Shown in pieces: positions 19,695 through 30,500 of a stretch of 64,000 nt of DNA (within the stretch, counting starts at the first letter, position 1; every line of letters starts with the position of its first letter). The notes under the pieces are model-generated. The model did no database searches. It was not told the DNA's origin and saw only the letters and a program-made list of their open reading frames with translations. Source of the DNA: Methanobacteriota archaeon (lineage in GTDB: Archaea > Thermoplasmatota > Poseidoniia > Poseidoniales > Thalassarchaeaceae); NCBI GenBank assembly GCA_011523185.1, contig WTHI01000135.1, positions 8,564 to 72,563 of the forward strand, in the 5' to 3' direction. The translations under genes and the position numbers were made by a program.

Positions 19695-21011
19695 TTAACC
19701 AAAGAGATTTCTTTCAGCCAATTCAGCAACCGTTTTTTCATGGCCTGAGAGAGTCATTACGTATACCACGGCTTGACTAACTTGCCTCTTTTTTAGTGCA
19801 TCAGCGATTGGAGTGTGCTCACTCATCTTTCGAGTCTTACCATCATCTCCGATAATTCGAATATCAACCGCATCCATTCTAGGCTCAGATAACAAGAGTT
19901 TGACGCTTGGAACATCTATTGCAACATATCCTGGTTCGAGGCCTGCTCTATGAGCTAGATCATCCTCAACTTCTCTTCTCTTCTTCGAACTATTGGCGAT
20001 TTCAACTAATCGTTCAATTTGTGATTCGGATAAATCGCCCTGTCTTCTACTAGTGGCAACCTTAAGCATCTGACGATATTTTAGTCGTCGCATCATATCT
20101 CTAGAGTAATCGCCCGCCTCGTAAAGTGCCTGCCAAATCTCAGCATCGACACTCCTCTGCATATCTTTTGGCTCCGGTAGCGAATCCTCTGAACGCTCCA
20201 CGGCTCTACTAAGCATAACTTCCGTAACTCTTGTTACTCGATGGAAATACACTGCACTATACATCAAACCTCTAGCTAGTAACATCCCTTCAAGAGAGGC
20301 AAGTCCTCCCTCTTCTACGGCTATGTCCCCTCCATGTCTTCTAAGACATGAAATCAATCGATGATGATCTACGATTCCGTGCTTAACTCCTGTAAAATGG
20401 GAATCCCGTAGTAGATAATCCATCTGATCGCAATCTACTGGGCCGTGAACCAAATGACCAAGGGTTTTGTCCTCAGTCACCAAGTCTTCCTTACCATCAG
20501 TCCAGGATAGTAGGGTTCTCTCGGAGCCCTTTGCATCCGGACCTCGGATTAAACTTGCAACATCTTCGGGTTCAATATTGTAAGATTCTAGAATATCAGG
20601 GATTCTTTTTCTATTTTCGATACTAGACTCTTCGCCTTCTCGTAAAACATCGTATTCACCAAGAATTATTCCTTCGGTAATTGACATGTGATCGAGTCCT
20701 CCCCTCTCATGCAAAATATGTTCTAGGGTGTGAGAATATGGCCCATGACCGACATCGTGTAACATGCCAGCAACTTGCACCAAGGTCTTTTCAGATTCGT
20801 CTAAGGACATTGCATCCGCCATCATCCCACCTACGTGTGAGACACCAAGCGAATGTTCGAAACGTGTATGGTGAGCTCCCGGAAATACAAGATGGGCAAG
20901 ACCCAATTGTTTGATGTGGCTTAGTTTGTTCATCTCTGGAGTAGAGAGCAATTCTTCTCTGACTCCATCAAGAGAAATTTGCCCATGTATCGAGTCGTTG
21001 ATGACCTTCAT
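19695..21011 (-). CDS. HD-domain phosphohydrolase (SAMHD1/dNTPase-like)
   Basis: IKQLG...FPGAHHTRFEHSLG, LHDVGHGPYSH, DCDQMDYLLRD, MYSAVYFH. Confidence 0.9.
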   Translation of the reverse strand: MKVINDSIHGQISLDGVREELLSTPEMNKLSHIKQLGLAHLVFPGAHHTRFEHSLGVSHVGGMMADAMSLDESEKTLVQVAGMLHDVGHGPYSHTLEHILHERGGLDHMSITEGIILGEYDVLREGEESSIENRKRIPDILESYNIEPEDVASLIRGPDAKGSERTLLSWTDGKEDLVTEDKTLGHLVHGPVDCDQMDYLLRDSHFTGVKHGIVDHHRLISCLRRHGGDIAVEEGGLASLEGMLLARGLMYSAVYFHRVTRVTEVMLSRAVERSEDSLPEPKDMQRSVDAEIWQALYEAGDYSRDMMRRLKYRQMLKVATSRRQGDLSESQIERLVEIANSSKKRREVEDDLAHRAGLEPGYVAIDVPSVKLLLSEPRMDAVDIRIIGDDGKTRKMSEHTPIADALKKRQVSQAVVYVMTLSGHEKTVAELAERNLFG

Positions 21012-21099
21012 GACACACCCTGCACGATTCCGAGATAACCACCCCCCTTCAACTGAACTGAGACGGATGGATGGTCCAAGACTGAGAGAATTAGAGAAT

Positions 21100-21160
21100 A
21101 TTTGTGTAATTTTACGCTAATTGTATTTCAATTGTATTACATTTGCAATACGTTTAATAC
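21100..21160. promoter_or_regulatory. AT-rich promoter/operator with repeated GTAWT/AATAC half-sites upstream of the RHH gene
   Basis: TGTAAT, TGTATT, TGTATTACA, AATAC, TTTAATAC in tandem; canonical TTTAATA box. Confidence 0.45.
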
Positions 21161-21196
21161 CCTAAGGCTTTCTCACAGGCTTAGGAGGAAGGTGGA

Positions 21197-21562
21197 GTGG
21201 CAGGCCAAAGCCCCATGATTTCGTTAAGAATTCCAGAAGACTACTTGCTCGAACTTGAGCGCAGGGTTGGATTCGATGGGATGAGAAACAAGTCTGATGT
21301 TATTCGAGAAGCCATCAGGAGACACTTGGCAACACCTGCTTTTTCCTCCGGCACCCGTATCGAGGTAGAATTAGGACCTGATCTGAGTGTTCGCTTGGAC
21401 GACTTTTGTCGAATCCATGGAGAACAACCAGATGTCGTCCTAAGATATGCAGCGCGCGAACACATTGGCCGCTCCTCTACTGACGATGCAACAGTCGACG
21501 CGGTGCTAAGTAAGCGCCTGGAAGAGCTTCGTGCTCGATTTGACGATTCGACTGAACAATGA
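21197..21562 (+). CDS. Ribbon-helix-helix (CopG/Arc/MetJ) transcriptional regulator, tandem RHH
   Basis: MISLRIPE...NKSDVIREAIRR; second RHH-like unit RIEVELG...VLRYAAREHI; GGAGG SD. Confidence 0.82.
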   Translation: MAGQSPMISLRIPEDYLLELERRVGFDGMRNKSDVIREAIRRHLATPAFSSGTRIEVELGPDLSVRLDDFCRIHGEQPDVVLRYAAREHIGRSSTDDATVDAVLSKRLEELRARFDDSTEQ

Positions 21563-21572
21563 GGTGAGAGAC

Positions 21573-21797
21573 ATGGGTGAGAATGGGATGCACTCAAACT
21601 CCGCGGGGGGGCGACAAAGTCGCCCCTCCGCACACACTTCTACTCGAGCAATGCTTACTGTAGGATTCAATGGTCTTCGAAAGAGGGCAAAATTATCCAA
21701 CGCAGTGGGTTACTCGCCCTCTGATGCCCCTCGACACGAGCGGCCTGACCTTTCAACACGTAGCAGACATCACGATCTAGAGAATCGTGAAAATTGA
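21573..21797 (+). CDS. Small basic hypothetical protein (74 aa)
   Basis: GAGGTGA SD before ATG, 10 nt after the RHH stop; followed by a GC hairpin. Confidence 0.5.
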   Translation: MGENGMHSNSAGGRQSRPSAHTSTRAMLTVGFNGLRKRAKLSNAVGYSPSDAPRHERPDLSTRSRHHDLENREN

Positions 21798-21812
21798 AAC
21801 TCAACACACACC

Positions 21813-21835
21813 GTCCCGCCCGATTCGGGCGGGGC
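21813..21835 (+). terminator. GC-rich hairpin downstream of the RHH operon
   Basis: gtCCCGCCCG-ATT-CGGGCGGGgc. Confidence 0.5.
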
Positions 21836-21987
21836 ACACCTAATTCCCTCGATTCAACAGGCTGAGCCATTCTTGGTAAACAGGTTTAATCTTCATATTG
21901 CACCAAATCGTTTGCTTCTGATTTAGTTCAAATTACACCCAACAGAAAGCCAATCTTCTTGGGCGGTCTATCAGCAGGTAGGAAACC

Positions 21988-24006
21988 ATGACCGCGAAAG
22001 TAGTCGATTCGTCGGCAAGGTACTTCGCTCACTCCGAAGTTAGAGAATCTCAGTCGGACATGATTACCGATGGGATTGAGGCACTATTGTGTGAGGGGAC
22101 TTTGCTGGCTTCGGCCCCCACTGGAATAGGGAAAACCGCTGCCTCATTAGCCAGTGCGATTAACGTAGTGAGATCTTCCTCAGACAATCTGAAAATATTA
22201 TTCCTAACAGGCCGTCAATCGCAGCATAGGATAGTTGTAGACACTGTTCAGAAAATTAACCAGAAACTTGGCACAACCGAGCCTTCGATTAGATTGGTAG
22301 ATCTAATCGGTCGCGAAGGTATGTGTCGCAATGTCGATAGAATGAGTGGTAAATGCGACTGCGAAGATGATTTGGACGGCTCGATGAGAGATGAATTGAG
22401 AGCTGATATGCAAGCGAACATTCTGCGAAGGCCTACTCACGTTGATGATTTAATTCAGAATAGTAGACGAGTTAATCTATGCCCTTGGGCAACAGCTAGA
22501 GAGGCCGTGAAGAATTGTGACATATTGGTTTGTGATTACAATCACGTTTTCATAGATAGTGTTAGAGAGGCATCGTTGGCGTCTATGGGAATAGATATTG
22601 AAAATACCATTCTAATTGTTGATGAGGCACATAACTTACCAGATAGAGTTCGTAATGGTATGGAACGTCGAATAATCTCCAACACCTTTCGAGATGCACG
22701 ATTTGAGGTACAAGAACACTTAGAAACAGCCATTGAATTGGCGGCGTCAAAAGGAGAAGATGTAGAATTAGACGAAATGGAATGGGCTGAAAGGTCACTA
22801 AAACGGCTTCAGTCTCAGATGCCAACTTGGTTCTCTGCAAGGGAAAAAGAATTAGCTCGATCAGATGAGGAAGATATGCAAATAGAGACTAGGAATCTAC
22901 TAGAAGAGATGGATACTATCCTAAACGAAACACTCGAAGAAAGCCCCAAGGGAAGATTCTCTAGCCTTCATAGACTAGTTTCACAACTATACTCAGTTCG
23001 TGTAGATTTAGAAAATGAGGACGATGATGAAAGAGAAACCAGTAGTGAAAGGTTGGCTGCTTTCATCACCACCTGTGGGCAATATGAAGACTCTTCAGCC
23101 CTTGTATTGGTTTTTGACAAATTGCTTGATGAGCCAAGAGTGAGATCATTTCTGCTTGACCCAGGTGTAGTTTCCGGGCCTCTTTTCGCTTCTTGCCGTG
23201 GTTCTATACTAATGTCAGGAACATTGTTTCCGGCTGAAATGTATAGAGATTTATTGCGGCTACCAGAAACTGAAGAAAGGAAGGTTTTCGCTAAGGATTA
23301 TGATTCACCATTCCTGTCGGAAAGAAGGCCGGTTTTAGTTGCCCAAAATACCACTTCAAGATATACCGAACGTGGAGAAACCAATACTAACAATATTCGT
23401 GACCATGTGATAGAGGTTTTACGAAATACGCCGGGACATGTTGCGTTATTTGCGCAAAGTTATGCAATGTTGGATATGGTATTGGACGATTACCGCTGGA
23501 TTCCTTGGGGCATCCAGATAGAGAAGGAGAATTCCCGAATGAGTAAGCGGCAAGTCGGGGAAATGGTTGAGAATCTATATCGTAAACGTAGAACTAATGA
23601 CAGAATCATGCTTTGTGGAGTGCTTTCAGGTAAATTGGCAGAAGGTGTTGATTACCCTGAAAATATCCTAGATGCAGTAATTTGTATTGGACTCCCTGTG
23701 CCTCCGCCAAGTGCAAGACAGAAAGCATTGACAGACTATTGTCAAGATAAATTCGGAATTAACGCTGCAAGAAGATACTCTAGCCATCAACCAGCGGTAA
23801 ACAGTGTACTACAAGCGATTGGGCGACCAATACGGAAAGGCGAGGATAGAGCGCTTGTAGTAATCCTAGAAAAACGAATTCGTGAAAAACCATACAGATT
23901 TTGTATCCCTACCAACCTAATGGTGATGAGAAGCCAAGACGCCGAGAGAACTGGTCGTCTTGCCAAGAGGTTTTTCCAACGCTTTCCTGAACCGGCTATT
24001 GAGTGA
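21988..24006 (+). CDS. xpd: XPD/Rad3 (DinG-family) Fe-S DNA helicase
   Basis: APTGIGKT, Cys cluster (MC...CDC...LCP), CDYN, VDEAHNL, MSGTL, EGVDY, QAIGRPIR. Confidence 0.9.
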   Translation: MTAKVVDSSARYFAHSEVRESQSDMITDGIEALLCEGTLLASAPTGIGKTAASLASAINVVRSSSDNLKILFLTGRQSQHRIVVDTVQKINQKLGTTEPSIRLVDLIGREGMCRNVDRMSGKCDCEDDLDGSMRDELRADMQANILRRPTHVDDLIQNSRRVNLCPWATAREAVKNCDILVCDYNHVFIDSVREASLASMGIDIENTILIVDEAHNLPDRVRNGMERRIISNTFRDARFEVQEHLETAIELAASKGEDVELDEMEWAERSLKRLQSQMPTWFSAREKELARSDEEDMQIETRNLLEEMDTILNETLEESPKGRFSSLHRLVSQLYSVRVDLENEDDDERETSSERLAAFITTCGQYEDSSALVLVFDKLLDEPRVRSFLLDPGVVSGPLFASCRGSILMSGTLFPAEMYRDLLRLPETEERKVFAKDYDSPFLSERRPVLVAQNTTSRYTERGETNTNNIRDHVIEVLRNTPGHVALFAQSYAMLDMVLDDYRWIPWGIQIEKENSRMSKRQVGEMVENLYRKRRTNDRIMLCGVLSGKLAEGVDYPENILDAVICIGLPVPPPSARQKALTDYCQDKFGINAARRYSSHQPAVNSVLQAIGRPIRKGEDRALVVILEKRIREKPYRFCIPTNLMVMRSQDAERTGRLAKRFFQRFPEPAIE

Positions 24007-24052
24007 GATTCAGTCAATGGATTCATCAAAGTCGGATTCTTCGCGAGGTTGA

Positions 24053-24520
24053 GTGACTATGTGGCGGAAGGTCGAAGTTGGAGGTTACGAGAACCTTGGG
24101 GAAGAACTAGATGACAATCTGGATAGAGGATTGGATATAGACGCTGAAACCATGCATCAACGGTTTTTGGCAGACCTTCCACATCTTGAATCGGCAAAAA
24201 ATAATCATAACGAGGTATTGACACAGATTTCTAGTAGAATAGATGAGTCAAAGACACATTCTAGGTCATTTGATTCACATAGTGTTGCCTTTGATGAATT
24301 AGATAGAGAGGCGGCAAAAGCGGGATTTGACATCCATTTAGATATGGACACTCTAACTGAACTTTCGGTAACTACGTCAATAGACGATGGCAAAAGATTA
24401 GTCCGAGTGATTGCTCCTGAACGCTTCGGAGGGATGATTCGCACTCTTTCAATTCCAGCGTCAATGGATGTTGAGTCGGCAATTATCTCAGATGGAGTTC
24501 TTCATCTGAATTTTGATTGA
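24053..24520 (+). CDS. Hsp20/alpha-crystallin-like protein
   Basis: C-terminal ERFGGMIRTLSIP...AIISDGVLHL. Confidence 0.6.
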   Translation: MTMWRKVEVGGYENLGEELDDNLDRGLDIDAETMHQRFLADLPHLESAKNNHNEVLTQISSRIDESKTHSRSFDSHSVAFDELDREAAKAGFDIHLDMDTLTELSVTTSIDDGKRLVRVIAPERFGGMIRTLSIPASMDVESAIISDGVLHLNFD

Positions 24521-27500
24521 TCAGGCGATTGCTTCACTAAGATCGAATGAATCTCTCTCTGGTACGTCTTGTAATTCATCAATTTCTTGCAATACCATCG
24601 TTAGTGCATGCTGAGCGTTTTGTCTATGACCATCTCCCAACTTGTGAGATGAATATCTGGCCTCCTCGAAAATTCGGTCTAATGCCACAAGAGCTTCTTC
24701 ACTAATCGGTAGGGCTTTTCTAATTGCCATTTCAAATTCCCTTACAGTTTCAAAGTCTCGGCGAAGGAATCCATTTCTCATCAGTATATTGCATAGGCTC
24801 TCATAACAACCGAATATAGCCTCTCGGATTTCGTCTCCAGCGGCCAGTAACTCTGCTGTATAACTGAAAATTCCAGCCATTTCATCAATAGCTGCTAAAC
24901 GGCGTTTTCTGAGAGACAAACCTAATCCAACTAGAGTCCCTAAAATCAAGATTATTCCAATTATAGCGATAATCTGCCAGAATGTGAAGAGAGGCGCTGG
25001 ATCTTCGTAAGTCATCTCGATACCGGAATAATCATTGTTCAACCACAATCGATCATTTGGACTGATTAATTGAGAATCTGTTTGGAATATTAGGGATAAT
25101 TCACCCCATTTATTCTTGTCATAAAATGCTGGTTGGTTTTGTATCGTGAAATCATAATCCATTATGCCATTTGAGTCGGTGAGTTTGACATTTTGGAAAT
25201 GTATCACAGATTTATTGACCAATCTAGCGACAATGGAGATACCCTCAACGGGAAGGCCCGTATCATTAGCAACAACTGTTACAGTACCATTTATTCTCCT
25301 CTGGTTTTCCTTGATATGATGGCTATCCGGTGTAAATGTAAATGTCACAGGAACTCGGATGTTGACTATATGTTCAATATCTACACCGTTCAGGAATCTA
25401 TCAGCATCAGGGAGTGCAGATATTGTGAGCGATAACTCTCCAGGAGGCATCGTTGAGCGAGCTGGAGAGATTAGTTCGAAGTGTCCTGTGGATTCATCCC
25501 AAACTAGGATTGAAGGTTCCGCCAAACCGTTCCAAAGTAAGACCACTTCCATACCCTCAATGACGTTGCTTTCCCCACCAACTTCGACAATCCTTCCAAC
25601 CAGTTTAATTTCCTTTGATTCGTCTGAACGAATTATCAGATCGGTTTCCCAAAGAACTTCAATCTGGATATCTGCCTTAGCATAGACCGTCATGTTATAC
25701 TCAACTGGAAGGTAGAATGTTTGGCCCTCAAAGGTGAATCTAATATCATGCCCACCTCTTGCAATTAGGTAGCCAATTGAATAGTCGAATTCGAAAACTC
25801 CATCATTGCCAGTAGTAATTCGGTTGATTTCTACACCATCAAGTGAGATTATAATTTCTCGACCCGAAAGACCTGGCGCCCCTGCGGTATCTGAGTCAAA
25901 TAGTCGTCCTGTGAAGTTCCATTGTTCTCCTCTAGTAACTGACACATCATCCACCTGCAGATTAATCGCAGTGTGGTAAGCAATCGTTAGATTGGCATCT
26001 ACGCTTCCCGGTCTGTAGTAGCCTTGTGCAGGTGCGGTCACAGTTATTGTATGGAAGCCGATGTCCAAGAAGTCTGAAACCACCCAATTGAAAGACCAAT
26101 CTCCATTTTCACGGCTTGTCGTGATGCCCACTAAAGTTCCGTCAATGAAAATCTCAAGTGAATGATTTGCCAACCCTCCATCTGGAAGATTATCCCTAAC
26201 CGTTCCCGTTAATCTCATTTCATCCCCTACGGCATAAGCACTTGGAGGATCTATCGAAATGATGGTTGGTGCGTATACTGTGAATACTGTGGTTGAATTA
26301 GAAGATAGTATGAACTCTTCACCTTGGAAAATTATCTTCACCAAGCGAGGCCCTAGGGGCATATCTGGAGGGATTGGTAGATATACGCTGAATGTACCAT
26401 TTTCCTCTACTTGTAGGCCGGTTAAGAATTGGTCATTCATAGTGACTTCTAGATATCTATCTCCGAGTGTACGACCAGCTCCATCAGTAAGCATTCCTTC
26501 GATCAGGAGTAGTTGGTTCCTATCCACCTCGCCAGGAGGAGTCGTTAGAACGACTTGAGATGTTTGTGTGACATTGAATCCGACTGTAGTGGCAGAAGGC
26601 AAGTAATATTCAGGATTCAAGGAATCTCCTTGACCCATTGGGTCAACCCAAGTAAATCCTCCAAGGAATTTCGCTGTAACTGTATGAGCACCGTAATCCA
26701 TGTCTAATGGTAAATCATAGGTGACTCTCCATTGCCCCGTGGAAGCATTAGAAACTGTTGTGTAGGCTGAACCAACATCAATTCCATCAATCCAAATATG
26801 GATTACTCCACCTGAAATTAGACCGTTATCCGTCAATAATTGACCATGTTCATCTAGAAGTGTGCCAGTGAAGGTAATGTTTTCTCCAGCGATCATAGAT
26901 CCAGTTAATTCTGTGAATTCGATTACGGTTGGTGCCAGAACAATTACTCGAGACCAGGTGGAGTCTCCAATCAATCCTGTAGTTCCATTTATTCCAGAGA
27001 ATTCTGCTGAAATTAACATAGAGCCTTGGGTTCTTTGTGAGTCTACTGGAATAATCAACGTCGCTCGACCAGTTGAGTCAGTTGTTACAGATTGAATGAA
27101 TGAACCATCAACTAGGATGTCTATCTCTGCATTTTCGACCAATTGGCCAGCATTATCTATGATTGAAAGATTAACACTAACATCATCGCCTCTAACAACT
27201 CTTCTATCTGGATCTAGGTCAGCGGGATCTAGGATTGAGATTAGGGAGTAACCTCTACTGTCAAAAGTACCTGTATCACTACTAGAACCGTAATAATTGA
27301 CGGTTGGAGTGTAGCTTGCTGTGATATTATGAGTGCCTCTAGGGAAGGATAGACCGAGGGTAATTACTGCACTCCAAGTACCATTTGGATTAACCACACC
27401 ACCCGTGGCTTGGAATCCAGAATCCGTCCCATCGATTGAGAATGTTAGTGACGAAGGTAGGGCTGCCCCTGTTCTATCCATTATTCCAGTACCATTGCTG

Positions 27501-30500
27501 GAAAGTAAAGTTCCACTAACATTGAAAGATTCGCCGGCAACTGGGTTATCGGTTACTGTTGAAATTGTAAGATTAGTAGGTGAACGAACGAAAATTTGGT
27601 TCATTACAGTAGTTGTAGAGTGTAGAGTTGATGAGCCATTGAAATATAGTGTAATTCCAATTAATCCAAGTGGATGAGAATGTGGAACATCGAATGTGAA
27701 ATTTACTAATCCTTGACCATTAGTTACTCCTTCAGTCAACCATGTATCGTGGAACTTAGCCGCAACCTGCATATCTCCAACTGGAAGGTCATTATCCGAA
27801 AATTCAGTCAATCGAGCACCGAAGGTAATCGATGTGCCCCGATCAACAACCGTCTGGATTATTGGTGTCCTATCTGTGAATCGAGTGACACCCTTTACGA
27901 GAATTGAGGCATTACCCGTACCTGTAAGATAGAATGGAGAACTTCCTTCAATCACGCTCACGACTACAGTCTTCGTGCCACTTGAAACTCCATCTCCGAA
28001 TGGGTCTGTTGGAACTGATACAGAGAACGAACCATTGTTTGTTGTTGTATGACTGGAGACTAAAGTTTCACTTGAATCATTTAGGAAGAAGACTTCTACG
28101 GCCATTGGTCCACTAACACTTCTATTTCCATCGAATCCATCCAAAACTTGTCCAGAAAGTGTAAATGATTGGCCTGCAGTAACTTCTTGAGGTATTGAGG
28201 TAATTTCGACTTGGCTGTCCACCTGCACTGTTAAATTCGCAAATGTATCATTACCAATCCAGCGCCCTGGATCGGCGTCTGTTAGATTATCTGTTAAATC
28301 GTCAGCGGCATGTACTCTAAGGTCATAGAACCCTGGAGTAGTGTCTTCTAGAATAGTAGGGTTAAATCTCGCAACACCATCGACATCTGTTGTAGTTGAG
28401 TCAATAATTACCTGATTAGGGCCACCCCAATCAAAGTACAGGTCGACATCTACATCAGACAGCACAGTCTCATCTGCGATATCTGTAATTGTGGCATTTA
28501 CAATAAGAGTGGTGCCAGCAATGACGATGATTGATTGAGGTTCAGCATCCACTACGAACTCACTTTGAAGACCAGCCAGAACTCTTGTTTGGGTAATTGT
28601 AGTGTAAAACGGCCCTCGAACCTCAGCGGTTGTGGAGAAGTCTAACACAAATCGAAGGAAATAGGCGCCAGATCGAACATCACCCGGCATGGTGAATGAA
28701 TAATTGTAAAATCCTGTGGTTTCATTTATCCAACCATTGGTAAGCGGCACTATTACTGGAGGCGCAGGGCTCCCATCTGGTCCTGGAGGGAGTTCAGAAG
28801 GAATCTCCATTTGGACAACAATAGAAGAGTTGTTACCCGTGATTGGTGTTAGATGGAAAGTATCCTGCGCAAAGCCTGAGACCCAGGTAACGGCGCCCCT
28901 ATCAGTCCACTCTGAACCCAAGGTCACAGTAACATTCGCCCTTCCTTGTATCCTGATTGTATCAGAAACAGAAGTTGATCTGAGCCAAGTAGACCCAGTA
29001 TAGTTCAGCCCCCATTCATAGTCCCCTGCAAACATGTCCGCATTCGGGATCCAAACCACGTTGAAATTTCCCGAATCGGGATCAGTAATGTTGAACACCT
29101 CGGTGCCATTAAAATCGACGGCATATGTTCCCGGGAAATCAGCGACCGAAGTCCCGGTATGGTCTGACAACTGTACAGCAACCGAGGCTTCAAGACCTCG
29201 CTCAGTTGGATTTAGAGTATATTCAAATTCTACATATGACCTGATTCCAAAACTAGACGCAAATGACTCCTCATCAGAGGCGAATAAGTCATCTGCAGTG
29301 TAGATGAATTTCACATCCACAAGGCCCGCTGGTATGGGTACTGAGGACTCATTGAAGTCCCATTGGATTGCAAATTGCCCGGGAGACGTTGTCCAATTAC
29401 TGGAGTTCAATGCCCAGGTCGCGAGATCTGTGTAGGGACCGTTTGTTCCCGCCCTGCGCATCTGGAAAATAAGTGTGCCATTCAATGGGTCAGGAGAGGG
29501 TCCTCTACTAACTGCAGTACCATTTATGAAAATCAACTGATTGATATCAAGGATAGAGGAATTCGAGTCACTTCCTTCTAGGGATATGGATAGGTCTGGA
29601 GAAGGTGTGATGTTGAAGTTGAAATCTAGAGTTTTAGGTCTCAAATGATATTCTGGAATACTGGCATTATTCAAATCGCTCTGATGCCATCCCAGGAATG
29701 CCAAACTGGCATTGATCAATCCAAGAGGTTCGTCATCAGAAATAGGCACTCTAAATTCGAAGTATCCGCCAGCACCCAAATCTGAGATTAGATTGACGTC
29801 TCCGTCTTCTACAGTCGTATAGTTGAGTAATACCTGAAGGCTATCTAGAAATGCCGGATCGGTCTGAGGTAAATTTGCAAGTGCCATGTTACCGGTGACG
29901 CTTGTATTTACACCAACGCCTAGCATAGGTTGGTCTATTGGTATCGGATTAGTAATCGCCAAATTTACATCATCTGTTATGTTAATCACCCATGGGAATG
30001 TTACAGCTTGTACTCCAACATACCCTTTAGATTGAGTTAAGACAACTAAGGAACCATATCCTGGAATTATCATTTCGGAAGGTGAACCATTGAATGAAAA
30101 GAAACCCTCTGAATCGGTGACGGCAGTCCCAATCAGTCGGGTTGCCAATGCAGCGCTACCGGGAACATTTGCTGTCTCATTATCTGGTGTCAAGTAAAGT
30201 TCTAGTGTAATTCCCTCAACACTTGAAGAGTTACTGATAAATTGCAGTGTGCCGTTAAGAGTAATATTACCCGAAGAGTAGTCTCTCTCCAATGTATCAG
30301 GTGAATATGTCTCGTCCACTACCTCGACGACTGAGGCATCAGGACACGCTTCGAATGGAATCCAACCAAGGTCTAGTTCACCTTGATTTGCATTTGTCTG
30401 AAGGTGGACCTCAACCCACCATGAGAAATCATTACCATAAACTTCGAATCCATTGTCAACCCAAGTTCCGCCAGAAAAACCCGTAACTTTTCTGGTAGCT

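Noticed and set aside
19695-21011. Antiviral dNTP-depletion defence system
   Set aside because: Widespread housekeeping HD family with no defence-island context.
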